This document shows, piece after piece, positions 13,150-30,205 of a stretch of DNA of 64,000 nucleotides. The number at the start of each line of letters is the position of its first letter. The stretch's first letter is position 1. Under the pieces are notes generated by a model, which was not told the origin of the DNA, made no database searches, and worked only from the letters and a program-made list of their open reading frames with translations. Origin of the DNA: the human T2T-CHM13v2.0 reference genome, Homo sapiens; the NCBI RefSeq assembly GCF_009914755.1, contig NC_060929.1. One strand, 5' to 3'. Position numbers and translations under genes: made by a program.

Positions 13150-14466
13150 TCTGGACCTTACCAGTGTGGGGGAGTAGATTTCTAGTGACAGATTTACTCT
13201 AGCATTCCAATCTCCCTAAGATTTGAATTTCTTCCTTACATTAAACCAGTAAAGATCTATCATCTTCAATTTACCAACAGTGGGTAATATGTTTATACGT
13301 GTTTCACCCAACCAATCAACTAAGCTGCTAGCACCTTTTCTAATTCACTGACCTGCAACATTAAATGGAGAGTTTCTACTTAGTGGATTTATATCAATAT
13401 ATTTAGCTTAATCCAATTTTATGTTTCTTGCATCATTCAATCCTATATTTATAATATCTATTCCCACATGTTTTCTGGATTTCTGTTTTTATAATTAGAA
13501 AACTCAAGTAGTACATTTGGAGTACAATGCAGTTGCTCATGGGTCACACTTTATACCTCACCTTTAGAGGCCTGCTGGGACTTGAGTCTAGTTATGAGTC
13601 TAGAAGCAAAGAAAGTTGGTGGGCATGAATCCTAAAGATAATCAGTATTGTCCTGCTTAGCACCTGCCTCAGGGGAGACCATTATTGTTTCCTTAGGCAA
13701 TTCTGGGTTAATTCCTCAGACAGAGATGAAGATTGTTAACACTGTGGGTAGAGAGACCACTACCAATGGGAATGGAGTAAACCCTGCCACTGGGGGTGGT
13801 GAAGCCACCTCTGCTGGCAAAAAAAGTTTCATCAGAATTTAGAAACTCAATGTTCTAGTTTAATTAGGGTCTTCTCACACATCTACATCTCAAATTATAG
13901 GATTCCATCCTTTTCCAACCAATGCCCTCACTTCAATAGTATATACCTTGCAAAGCTGAGAGTTCAACTTTTGTTTTAACTTAGCATATATCATTAAGAG
14001 AATTTGTGTTTGATTTTCAGAAATTTCAACCCTGTGGCTACAGGAGAGAAGATTTCCTCTCAGGGCAGACATGGAGGATTTTGGACTATTCTTGTTAATC
14101 CAGAGACAAGAATTGTCTTATCCTTCTTTCATCATTTTTTCCAGCAACATTAGAGCCAACCAACCAATATCATTATACTCTTTTCTTTTCCATAAATGTT
14201 TGAAAATATTGTTTACAGATTCACTAACTTCCTTGCCTTGAACAAGTGTTTGATTAGAAGTATCATATCCAATGCAGATATTTTGCATATCCCTCTAAAC
14301 AGATCAAGACATGAATGACCAATGCTTTGTCTACCATTGAAAGTAGAGGCTTTAACATTTTTAGGTCTAATCGGATTAGAGAGCCAATTCCAGAAACGTA
14401 GAAACCAATTAAGAAAGCTCATCCTTAAATATTTTCTACTCTAGAATCCACCCTGATACCAAAATT
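13150..14466 (-). mobile_element. Older ERVL internal fragment (leader and gag)
   Basis: Homologous to the first HERV-L gag (13540-13610 resembles 958-1022); peptide IEVRALVGKGWNP; PBS-like tggtatcagggtgg next to the LTR. Confidence 0.85.
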
Positions 14467-14513
14467 TGTGTTAGTCATGGCTCTCCAGAGACAGAACCAA
14501 CAAATGATAGTAC

Positions 14514-14564
<51 letters not shown>

Positions 14565-15059
14565 GAATGAGGGGATCTATTAGGGAAATTAAACACACAA
14601 TTATGGAGGCAAAGAAATACCATGATAGGCTTTCTGCAAGCTAGAGAACCAGGGATGCTAGTAACATGGCTTAGTCCATCTAAAAATTATCAGAACCAGA
14701 GAAGCCAATGGTGTAAATCTCAGTCCAAGGCCAAAGGTTTAACAACCCAGGAGGCCACTGGTGCAAGTCTTCGATTCCAAAGTCCTGAAGTTCTGATGTC
14801 CAAGAGCAGGAGAAGACGAGTGTCTCAGCTTTAAAAATAAAATAAATTCACCTTTCCTCTAAATTTTGTTCTATCTGCACCCTTAGCCATTTGAACGGTG
14901 CCCGTCCACATTAAGGACAATCTTCCTTACTCAGTTCAGTGATTCAAGCACCGATCTCTTCGGGAAAGACCCTCACAGATATGCCTAGAAATAACGCTTT
15001 ACCAGCAGTCTGTTTATCCCTTAATCTAGTCAAGTTGACATATGAAATTAGCCATCCTA
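14467..15059 (-). mobile_element. MLT2 LTR (MLT2C-like)
   Basis: tgtgttagtcatggctctccagagacagaacc ... caagttgacatatgaaattagccatc; MLT2 family motifs throughout. Confidence 0.82.
14514..14563. repeat. (GATA)n tetranucleotide STR inside the LTR
   Basis: About 12 perfect units read directly. Confidence 0.96.
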
Positions 15060-16844
15060 GGAGATGTTTGGACCAATTTTTCATTTTTTAAATAATTAAA
15101 ATACAAGTTCAGTAAACCTCTGTGATCAAAATGGCTTCTAGCCATGGTATGATATTCCCTCATTATCTATTTAGTTCATCAATGTCTTTAAAATATTTTA
15201 AATATTTTTAGCAAATTGATTTAGTGTTATTTGTTTATAGTGAGAAAGTTGGTTTTATTAGGTCACATACCATTACTGGAAATTGGGAGCTCTTATTTTA
15301 CTGCCTCTTTGCTGATCTTTCTCTACTCTTAAATTATAAATCCTTCTATGACAGATGAGATACACTCCAAACTCTAAAAATGATTTATTCTAGTTTTATT
15401 TCTCATTTATGTATTCATAACATATTCTCATCATTGAGATCTTAGATATTCCACAGTACACCAAGGGACCTAATTTCTCCCTTGTAGAAGTTTGTCTATC
15501 AAATGTAATACACGTTGGGGGAGTTGTGGCATCAGGTGAGAAGTCAGCATTGGCAGTGAGGGCAAGATATATAATCTATCTTCTGCCAAATAGCGGAACT
15601 AGATTTTTCTGCAAACATAACTCCTCTAATTCTGCTTATTCATTTAAAGTTCCATCACTTTGAGCTTTCTTTGTGCTCTGGCTCATACTAATTGTAGATC
15701 AACCTCGGATCATATATGCTCACTTTATGTAATTTCTTGAGATCATTCCTAATGACTTCAATATTCATCTTAATTCTTTCAGAATTAACAACCTTTAATT
15801 TTATTGCTATCATCATTCTGTATTGGCTTCTTATTAATATTGTTCTGTACTAGACAATATTATGGCAGGGTATTTTTTTTCTCTTTCCACCAAACAAGAA
15901 ATTCAGTATGATAAAGTTATAATACTAAACTACAATTCTAACACTCTCTCCTTAAAAAATGAAACTCTTCAGTCTTCTAATTTCCAAAATTAATAAAAGT
16001 GTATTTTATTTATTCCATCTATTATTATTTTCAATACATTTTATGTCTTTAATTAATATTTCTATCTCAACAAACTATCACTTTGTCTTAATTTAAAAAC
16101 CGGTCTTCTTTATATCCTTTGTACTTAAAACATTGACATGTACCAGATGTTATGTAAAGTATTTTTTATGCTGTTAGCACTTTTTATTCTCTACACATAT
16201 GAAGAATGTGTGTGTCCTGGCTATTCGGTAGGTGCTGCTTTTTAATAATTTTCTAGGTCTGTATTAAGTTGTCTGAATAAAGTGTTTAGGAAATGTACAT
16301 GCTCACAGTGCATACTATTAGGTGCCAAGTCCAGCCTTAGATATTATGAGTTGATATTGGTTTGCGTGGTTTTTGTTTGCTTTGGGGGTTATTTATGCAC
16401 TGATGTCTGCCAGTAATTTATGAAGAAATTGGTAACTAGGTGGCAGATCATGTTGACCTTTTAGTATGTGATTCTTATTGTTATTAAGGAAACATATACT
16501 TATGTTATTTATCAGGTAAAGATAAATTCAATTTCACGTAAGTCAACAACTTAATGAAATATTAAAAAGTCATAATTCATCAAGCTATAATTCCATATAG
16601 AATATAATATTACATGTGAGAAAACACTATTCATTTTATGCATATAGCAGGTAAAGGGTTTATTGAATAATGCAGGTTAAATAATAATACTGAGTTTTAT
16701 TTGACCATTGCCTCACAATCTTCATACCCTATTATAGGTTGAAGTTCCCAAGTGAAATTCAAATTGAATGGCAATAATAAAATTTGAATTTGAGAGGAAG
16801 GCAAGTGATTTTTTACTTCTCTCCTTTTTGCTCTTTCTGATATG

Positions 16845-16980
16845 AAAAATAGCTTATGGATGCTAGGCTTAATACTTAGGTGATGGGTTGACAGGTGCAT
16901 CAAACCACAATGGCACACATTTACCTATGTAACAAACCTGCACATCCTGCACATGTATCCCAGAACTTAACATAATAATA
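16845..16980 (+). mobile_element. Short 3'-end fragment of an older L1PA
   Basis: ggcttaatacttaggtgatgggttgacaggtgca...aacctgcacatcctgcacatgtatcccagaacttaa. Confidence 0.85.
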
Positions 16981-18520
16981 TATGTATTCAAAACATATCT
17001 ACATATTTAGAGCAAACCGACTGTTCTAGATGTAGCAATCATCCATTTCTGACCGGGACACCTTTAGAGAATATTATTAGGTAGCCTAGTTTTGTATATT
17101 GCAATAGTAATGAGATATATTTTTGATAAGTTAGAAGTGAACCAAAAGACTAAAATAAATTAGATCAACTGAGGCAATTTGAAATTCTATAATAAACAAT
17201 AATAATTATAGAAAATTTACAATATATTTATCTGTTTTGCATGGTATTTCTAAAATAACCTCTGAAAAGCACAAGAAATTTATTTGTAGAAATGAGCAGT
17301 TGTATACACCCTAAACTAATATACGAAATAGTGCTATATATTTATATTTAATTTCTTGTATTAATGTATTTATAATAACTTTCTCCTAATCCATAAAAGA
17401 TAAGAAAAATAAAGAAGTACCACTATATTTTCATGTCATATTGGTTTATCCCCTTCAAAATATTGCATACTATTATGTCATATTAAAATGATATATTACA
17501 TGCATCCTACCCTGAAAGTCATTTTAAACTTATTGAATAAGAACAATTTCTTAAAAGAAAGAGAAACAGTATGAAATGTGATAACAAAAGTAACAATTTA
17601 TAATACACATTTTGAATTATTTGGTATATCTAAGCCCGGCCAAGTTATAAGATATTTAAGGGTTTTTAAAGTGATTCTGAACTTCCTCCACTAAGTAATT
17701 TAAGATTCTAGTAGAAGATGGATATAGATGCTACATTCCTATGTTATGGTTATGTGTCACTGAAATAATCTGGTGCTTCTGAGGAACTTAGGGCAGTCCA
17801 TGACTATGTGGAAATCATAGATTCCTCAGCCCTTCTTTATTCTACTTATTTTATTGCCCCATCCCTGTACTTATTCTCAAATTTAAACTTATTCACTCAA
17901 ATTTAAATTTTTTTCACTTGTGACATATAATTATAAATTTGTCATTTATATAATTTTCTAGATCATATAAAACAATAATTCAGATGTAGTCATTTATTCA
18001 TATCCAGGGTACTATTGATAAATATTATCAGACGGCCTTGTTACTATACTACATGAAGAAGATCAATAGTTCTAGTAAAGTTGGTCAGTTACCTGAAAAA
18101 CTGCATAAAAACACAATTACAACCACTATAAATGAATCACCTTTTAATCAAAACTCAACCAAACCTTCAATGTGCATGTGCATAGGAATTAGAAATATCT
18201 TGGATTTCTAAGGATAATCATTTAAAATGAATATTCAGCCACACAATCAAGTAACACAAGTTACACTAATACTATCACCATTCTTGACCAATGAAAATGT
18301 GGATATGCTGGGTTCCAAGATGGCCGAATAGGAACAGCTCCAGTCTACAGCTCCCACCATGAGCGACACAGAAGATGGGTGATTTCTGCATTTCCAGCTG
18401 AGGTGCCAGGTTCATCTCACTGGGGCTTGTCGGACAGTGGGGGCAGGACAGTAGGTGCACCCCACCAAGCATGTGCTGAAGCAGACCTGGGAAGCACAAA
18501 GGGTCAGAGAATTCCCTTTC

Positions 18521-18736
18521 CTAGCTAAGGGAAGCTGTGACAGACGGCACCTGGAAAATCACTCCCACCCTAATACTGTGCTTTTCCAATGGTCTTAGCA
18601 AAGGGCACACCAGGAGATTATATCCCACGCCTGGCTTGGAGGGTCCCATGCCCAAAGAGCCTCGCTCATTACTAGCACAGCAGTCTGAGATCGAACTGCA
18701 AGGCGGCAGTGAAGCTGGGGAAGGGGCGCCTACCAT
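18521..18736 (-). CDS. ORF0: L1 antisense ORF0, open, 71 aa (expression unknown)
   Basis: MVGAPSPASLPPCSSISDCCASNERGSLGMGPSKPGVGYNLLV... matches the known ORF0 N-terminus (MAGAPPPASLPPCSLISDCCASNQRDS); Kozak-like context gcaATGG. Confidence 0.7.
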   Translation of the reverse strand: MVGAPSPASLPPCSSISDCCASNERGSLGMGPSKPGVGYNLLVCPLLRPLEKHSIRVGVIFQVPSVTASLS

Positions 18737-19297
18737 TGCTGAGGCTTGAGTAAGTAAACAAAGTGGCTGGGAAACTAGGACTGGGTGGAGCCCACCGCAG
18801 CTCAAAGAGGCCTGCCTGCCTCTGGGGGCAGGGCATAGCCAAACAAAGGGCAGCAGAAACCTCTGCAGACTTAAATGTCCCTGTCTGACAGCTTTGAAGA
18901 GAGTAGTGGTTCTGCCAGCACACAGTTTGAGATCTGAGAATGGACAGACTGCCTCCTCAAGTGGGCCCCTGACCTCTGAGTACCTTAACAGGGGAGGCAC
19001 TCCCCAGTAGGGGCAGATTGACACCCCACATGGCTGGGTACCCCTCTGAGACGAAGCTTCCAGAAGAATGGTCAGGCAGCAACATTTGCTGTTCAGCAAT
19101 ATTCAATGTTCTGCAGCCTCTGCTGCTGACACTCAGGCAAACAGGGTCTGGAGTGGACCTCCAGCAAACTCCAACAGACCTGCTGCTGAGGGTCCTGACT
19201 GTTAAAAGGAAAACTAACAAACAGAAAGGACATCCACACCAAAACCCCATCTGTACGTTACCATCATCAAAGACCAAAAGTAGATAAAACCACAAAG

Positions 19298-20309
19298 ATG
19301 GGGAAAAAACAGAGGAGGAAAGCTGAAAACTGTAAAAGTCAGAGTGACTCTCCACCTCCAAAGGAACGCAGCTCTTCACCAGCAATGGAGCAAAGCTGGA
19401 CGGAGAATGACTTTGACGAGTTGAGAGAAGAAGGCTACAGATGATCAAACTTCTCTGAGCTAAAGGAGGAAGTTCGAACCCAATGCAAAGAAGCTAAAAA
19501 CCTTGAAAAAAGATTAGACGAATGGCTAACTAGAATAACCAGTGTAGTGAAGTCCTTAAATGACCTAATGGAGCTGAAAACCATGGCACGAGAACTACAT
19601 GACAAATGCACAAGCTTCAGCAGCCGATTTGATCAACTGGAAGAAAGTGTATCAGTGATGGATGATCAAATGAATGAAATGAAGTGAGAAGAGCAGCATA
19701 GAGAAAAAAGAATAAAAAGAAATGAACAAAGCCTCTAAGAAATATGGGACTATGTGAAAAGACAAAATCTACGTCTGATTGGTGTACCTGAAAGTGACGG
19801 GGAGAATGGAACCAAGTTGGAAAACACTCTGCAGGATATTATCCAGGAGAACTTCCCCAACCTAGCAAGGCAGGCCAACATTCAAATTCAGGAAATACAG
19901 AGAATGCTTCAAAGATACTCCTCGAGAAGAGCAACTCCAAGACACAAACTTGCCAGATTCACCAAAGATGAAATGAAGGAAAAAATGTTAAGGGCAGCCA
20001 GAGAGAAAGATTGGGTTACCCAAAAAGGGAAGCCCATCAGACTAACAGTGGAGCTCTCTGCAGAAACTCTGCAAGCCAGAAGAAAGTGGGGGCCTACATT
20101 CAACATTCTTAAAGAAAAGAATTTTCAAGCTAGAATTTCATATCCAGCCAAACTAAGCTTCTTAAGTGAAGGAGAAATGAAATCCTTTACTGACAAACAA
20201 AAGCTGAGAGATTTTGTCACCACCAGGCCTGCCTTACAAGAGCGAGGAAGCTCTAAACATGGAAAGGAACAACCTGTACCAGTCACTGCAAAAACATACC
20301 AAATTGTAA
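19298..20309 (+). pseudogene. L1 ORF1, disrupted
   Basis: ATGGGGAAAAAACAG start; premature stops near 19442, 19685 and 19736; remnant RQNLRLIGVPE...RISYPAKLSF; late frameshift. Confidence 0.93.
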
Positions 20310-20372
20310 AGACCATCAACGCTAGGAAGAAACTGCATCAACTAACGAGCAAAATAACCAGCTAACACCATA

Positions 20373-24187
<3,815 letters not shown>

Positions 24188-24824
24188 ACAATGAGAACAC
24201 CTGGACACAGGAAGGGGAATATCACACACTGGGGCCTGTTGTTGGGTGGCGGTAGTGGGCAGGATAGCATTAGGAGATATACCTAATGTAAATGAAGAGT
24301 TAATGGGTGCAGCACACCAACATGGCACATGTATACATATGTAACAAACCTGCATGTTGTGCACATGTACCCTAGAACTTAAAGAATAATAATAATAATA
24401 AAAGAAAATGTGGATATTTGATTCCCCTGAATTATCAAAATGTAAACACTGATTAGAAGTATGCTTACTCTGAATAAAAACAAACATACTGGTATCAATG
24501 ATTTAATCTTTTCAGCTCTTCCCTAATTTCCCATTTTTCTAAAACATCCACTTTTAATTGCAATCTTGCAATTAATAATCTTAAATTGAGCTTATTGATT
24601 ATCAGCAGGAATTAAAAACAAAAATTAGTCACCAGAGTCTGGATGAACATAGAGCTATCTCCTAATACCCTAGTGGATATATTGGTGAATTCTGACAGCT
24701 AGAAAAATCATCATTAAACTATTTCTATGTCATATCATTTTTACTCTGAGGAAAAAAATACTTTTTAAATTACACCTGTAGTTGTATCAGTCTTTTCTCA
24801 TCATGACAGGTTAACTTCAAAGTA

Positions 24825-25262
24825 TATTGCAGAACAGTTCTCTGGGTGGCCTTGACCTGACCCAGTTCCTCTCCCACCTGTTTTGCTTATAGTTCTGAAG
24901 AATAACTGTGGAATGTGCTAGTAATGCAATTTGATAAAAAATCTTTGAAAATGGGGAGGAACTGGTTGGAACAATCCAGGTTTTGTTCCATCCCCCACTA
25001 GAAACACGATATCCTTCAATTCTTTCTCCCAGTAGTTCATAAAACTTCAAGGGGTACTTCAGCTATGGTGCAAGTGAGGGTTACATAGATGAGACCTGTA
25101 CCTCATGGGCAGCTTTTTTGAGCATGGGGTTAGAGGGTCACAATGAATTCTAGGCTTCTGTTGTCCCTTGCTGCCTGTCCATGAGTAATAAACCTGCTTC
25201 ACGTAACTATTTCGCTGGACTCAGACAGGTTGGTAACCAGCACATGATGAATCTTTTTCACA
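24825..25262 (+). mobile_element. Solo LTR (LTR47-like)
   Basis: AATAAA near 25187 followed by ggactcagacaggttggtaaccagcac and a ...ttcaca end; about 440 bp. Family name from memory. Confidence 0.6.
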
Positions 25263-26504
25263 TATATCATGTGGAGAGTCTTTTAGATCTAGAATATAAG
25301 GAGGGCTTTTAAGACTTAGAATGTAAGAGGCTTATGCTTCCACCACATATAGGTATCACCATATCTGGAGTTGGATGTTGATGGCAAAAATTATTTCATA
25401 AAAATGCTATCTAACAGTAGAAATAAAGCCACTTAATTTTCCAGAGAGGATGGATTCACAATTTTTGCAGGCTTATTATTCATTGTATTTTAAAGCCAGA
25501 GTTCCCAATCAGTTTACTTAGCACAGAAAGTTCATCAATTTTTAAGTAATTAATAGTTTTACTTCACTTGATGGTCTCTCCCTTCGCTGTACATGCTCAT
25601 TATTATGGTTGTCAATTATCTTCTTAACTGATGATTTTAATAAAGGTAGCTCTACTATTAGCAAATTGCTCAGAAGCTGCTAATAGCTCTGCAGAGAGCA
25701 CTTGTCTCACCCTATATCTCCCACCTTATCAAAAGGTCACATTAATTATATCACCCTTACGGAGAGGAAATCAACATGTCAGTCAGACGGGCTCACAGTT
25801 GTGCTGCAGGTAGAACATGAGGATTAAATCAGGTTTATTTAGTGTCCCAAAGTAGCCCATTTACATTTAGCTCTTGTAAATGCAATTAACACAAATGAAA
25901 CAATAAATCACACTTAGATTTACGAGTTTACTTTTTGGCAAAAGGCTAATTTGCTATTCTTTTATGTTTACAGTTACTAGTAAAATATTATAAGTCATCA
26001 GATGTTGGTTAAGAATGGTTTTTAAAAATCTTCGTAAAATGGCTCCAGAAGAGTAAGGCTTTCATTGTGCTTGTAGAGATCTTTCATTTATCATTTCAAT
26101 TTTTTACTAATTATGAACATAAATTGATTTTTGATAACCTTCTCTCACTCTTATATGCTCTACATTCTTGGGATCACAGCTTAAGAACTAATTATGAGAA
26201 AAGCTAGGATACAAGCCAGGGAAACTGTATGAATTTGAATATTTCTAATTAACATTAATATGTATTACTTGGATAAGTAAATATTTTCCATCCACTTTTT
26301 TTTTATCAAGTGAGTTCTATGTGCCTGGGAGCCAATTTCTTATTCAATGTTCTTCTGCCATTAATACATTATCTTTCACTCAAGAAACAATTTTCCATTT
26401 GTTCATTTCACAAAGTATAGTCTTTAAATACTTACTGGTGATTTAAATTGAGAATAACGCCACAATTTATAATTATTTTTTCATTACTTTGGGCAAACTG
26501 TTGA

Positions 26505-26998
26505 CTGTGTACTTAAGTCATGGTCCCAGCAAAACAGATGGCACACAGATTTTAGGATAATTTAAGGATTTTTTTAAAAAAACTATCATTTATACAATTA
26601 GAAGTAGATATAGGAAAATAATAAAAGATAATACAGTGGTAACAGGTTTTGGGTATCTTAGCCCCTAAAGGTGATAGGGGTGGAATAGGGCAAAAAGTAG
26701 TTTCAGAATGGAAAGTAGAGTCAATAGAAAGTCTCCCTTAAGAGGACCTGTGACTATCGGCTGGAACACAACCTATCCCAGTAACTCGGCCAGGAGAGAG
26801 TCAAGGGGTAAACGTCTTCATCTCACTCTCCTCTTTCCTGCCAATGTTGGATTCCTTTGTGGCAACACTTCTTAGAAGCAGAAGTGAAAGCAGACCATTG
26901 ATGTAATACACAAATACACATAGATCAGCTTCCTGGGGTAAATAACAGGGTAGAGGATGGTTGATAATTAATCTGAAGAGTTAAAATGAAGATGGTGA
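26505..26998 (-). mobile_element. Old ERVL solo LTR (LTR33/LTR41 group)
   Basis: ggtcccagcaaaacagatggcacac motif; reverse complement of the right end resembles the starts of the elements at 40675 and 41366. Confidence 0.5.
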
Positions 26999-29855
26999 TT
27001 TTAGAGACTGAATTCATCAATTTCTAATTGTCAGCTGGGATGAAATAGGACATAGAACTGGAAAAATCTGATATGTGCAAAGTGTGGAAATAGGCAAAGG
27101 TATATGCATTCTTAAAAAAAAAAAAAGAAAAGGAGTGAAAAACTAAGAAAGCTACAATTTAAGAAGGAGTTTTAGACTCCCAAAAGATTGATATGTTTGG
27201 GAGAGAAGCAGTTTGGAAGCTCTGAGTAAGCAAGAGTAACATGTAATATCAAGCCCACCAACTTGGAATCAGGGCTGCTAAGGCAAATCTCTCTCAAGAG
27301 CATCAGTCCTATGCTCTACTACTGGGGAAACCTGTCAAGTTACTAAACAGCTCTGAGCTTATTTATTTTCCTGATGCATAAATTAGTATCTAACAGGGTA
27401 AACCCACAATTAGGACTGAGACATAAGAAGATGCAAATGAGAATTCTGAATTTAAAGTCCAAGTATAACAGCTAATCTTGATATATATATTTAATTTTAA
27501 GTTTATATTTCTTTTCTATACACCAGTCTAGACTGTGGTCTTCCAATATCCATTGTAAATTTTAAAATCATAATTATTATTTCTCTCAAAATCTAATAAT
27601 TACAGGGCATAGCTACCCTAATTTTCACTTCCTTGTGATTACCTATTATATCCTAGATTAAAAGATATATAATTAGTTTCTGATTTATTAGAGATAACCT
27701 TCTCTATATGATATCTTGAACCCAATTATAACTGCTTTTTTATTCATAGTAAAATAATTTAATAATGTCTTTAGCACTACAGTGAGCCATTCAACTTAAA
27801 GTACTCATTTCTCCCTTAGCCACATGGAAAATCTGTTAGATTAATTCCTGTAAATACTTGTTTAACTAAATTAAATTTTAAATATTTTATTTTTGATGAG
27901 ATATACAAGCAGAGGAACTGAAAAATAATTCCTGGACAAAAGTGGCTTTTCCACCAGGATCCCATTGAACCTGAAATAATTACCACTAGAATAATTCCTA
28001 GGGGTTAAATTACTATCTCCTAGAGAATCTTTTAACCTCAATATGTGTTATTGAAGAATAGGTGCTCCAGTTAGACACATTAATGCTAAATTGATAATGA
28101 TGTGTCAATACCATTACCTAGTAGTTCTTTCAATGCCATTACAAATGTCTTCTATTTTTGGACATGGAAAATATATGTCCAGTTTGAGGGATGTTAATAG
28201 GAATTGATGTTTCACAGATTGGCGGCAACTGATAATACACAAACTTTTTATAAATAAGGGCTCAGAATGAATAAACAATATCAAAGCATATATAGTCACA
28301 ATGTATTCTGTTTATCAGAAAAATATTATGTAATGTATTGGCCATGAAGAGAGCATGTGTCATGAAAGCTGATTTTTGATAAGGGGCCTGGATTTTAACT
28401 GGTGCTTTTGCCTACACACTCAATATAACAATAATAACATTCAGACAAAAAAGCGGTACCACGTTTTTCAAAGAGGAATTGCACGCTGAGAGATGAACCA
28501 ATCCTCATTGACTCCTGTTATTTGCAAAATACATTCTTGGATTTTACTGGGAAGGGAATACTTGGAAGCTCAGTACAGTCTTTAAGAGAAAGTATTTTTA
28601 ATATACAATATTTTGTTTCCAGCAGCAAACTCACTATTAGCTTTGACCTTGGGTCCTAAATTTTCAGATCTTTGTGGAGAGGATGGTGATAGTATACTTA
28701 TGTTATTACTATATGAAATAAATGAATATACATTCTACTAGTAATAATAGCTATAACACTCACTGCTTCAGTCAAGCCCTTTAAATAAATATGTATTTAA
28801 ATATATATTATATATATATATTTTTTAGAGACTGAATTTATCAATTTCAGTCTCTGTTAGCACTCATTGTTCTAATTAAGGAATAATTAGTATATAAAGA
28901 ATAATCCAAATAATAATAGCTAATATCTAGAAATAACTCATCTACAAGAACTAAAAATAATAATCCGAGTCCCAATACCCCACTTCGGGTTTTCTGTTTA
29001 AAATGACATTCTCCTGGTAGCACAAGCCAGGAAACTTCTGCGAGACCTAGTGCTCCACTCTGGTTCTTGGTAGCCAGGTCCAGGCACTTCAATTAACTTC
29101 CAGAAGATGGCAGACCCTCCAGGAATGCCAGAGCAAGAAACTGATGTCTGACAACAGAGTGAGAGTTCAAAGATTCTTTGTAGCAGACACTGTGAATGAA
29201 GAACTTGAGGTTGCTAAGAGACTAAAAGCAAAATAAATTGTTTTAATTAAAAGCCCAGATCTTAGCTGGAGGAAGAGGAAAGGGTGTCTTCAATTGTGGT
29301 TTGAAAGGAGGTGTTCACTTAACAAAAGAACTTAAGGTTGTGGGACAGCTGGCTAAACAGATGATTGGGTATGTTTGGGGCAAAAAACCAAACTCTAAAA
29401 GAAGATGTGAAAGTCAACAAGCTGATGGTTACTGAAACCTTGGACATTTCCAGAAAAACTTACCTGGTGATTCTGATGGACAGGTCCTGCAATGGCCCCA
29501 CGCTGGTGGGCAGGCCCCAGGGAGCACTGACATTGAAGAGGTGGCTGCTACAAATTCAGAATTTATTTTTAAGGAGCAAATTTTTCAAGGGATAAAGGAC
29601 AGCCAAGTTCAGAGTTCAGCAGATGTCAGAAAATCTAGGCTTCCTTGGGTCTTTGACAATCCAGGTTGCAGATCAAATTAAGAAACTGTATAATCTCTTC
29701 CTAAAAACTGATGCTACTCAGGTGATAGTGAATCCTTTTGGTGAAACTTGAGAAAGACAAGTTGTCTGTTTTAATGCCAAGGTAAACTTTCATGACAATG
29801 AAGAATTCTGACAACAGGACCTATCTGCTATGGATGACAAATCGGAGAATGAGCC

Positions 29856-30205
29856 TGATATGGTTTGGTTCTGTGACTTCACTCAAACCTTATCTCAAAT
29901 TGTAATCCCCACGTGTCAAGGAAGGGACTCGGTGGGAGGTGATTAGATCATGGGGGTGGTTGCCGCATGCTGTTCTTGTGATAGTGAGTGAGTTCTCACG
30001 AGATCTGATGGTTTAAAAGTGTGGCACTTTCCCCTTCTTTCTCTCCTGCCACCATATAAAAAATGCCTTGCTTCGCCTTCACCTACTGACATGATTGTAA
30101 GTTTCCTGAGGCCTTCCCAGCCATGGAGAACTATAAGTCAATTAAACATCTTTCCTTTATAAATTACAGAGGTAATATACAGCAGTGTGAAAATGCACAA
30201 ATACA
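29856..30205 (+). mobile_element. THE1D-like solo LTR inserted in the pseudogene CDS
   Basis: tgatatggtttgg ... aaataca; 5-bp TSD gagcc/gagct; splits the SUCLG2 codons ENEP|IE. Confidence 0.92.
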
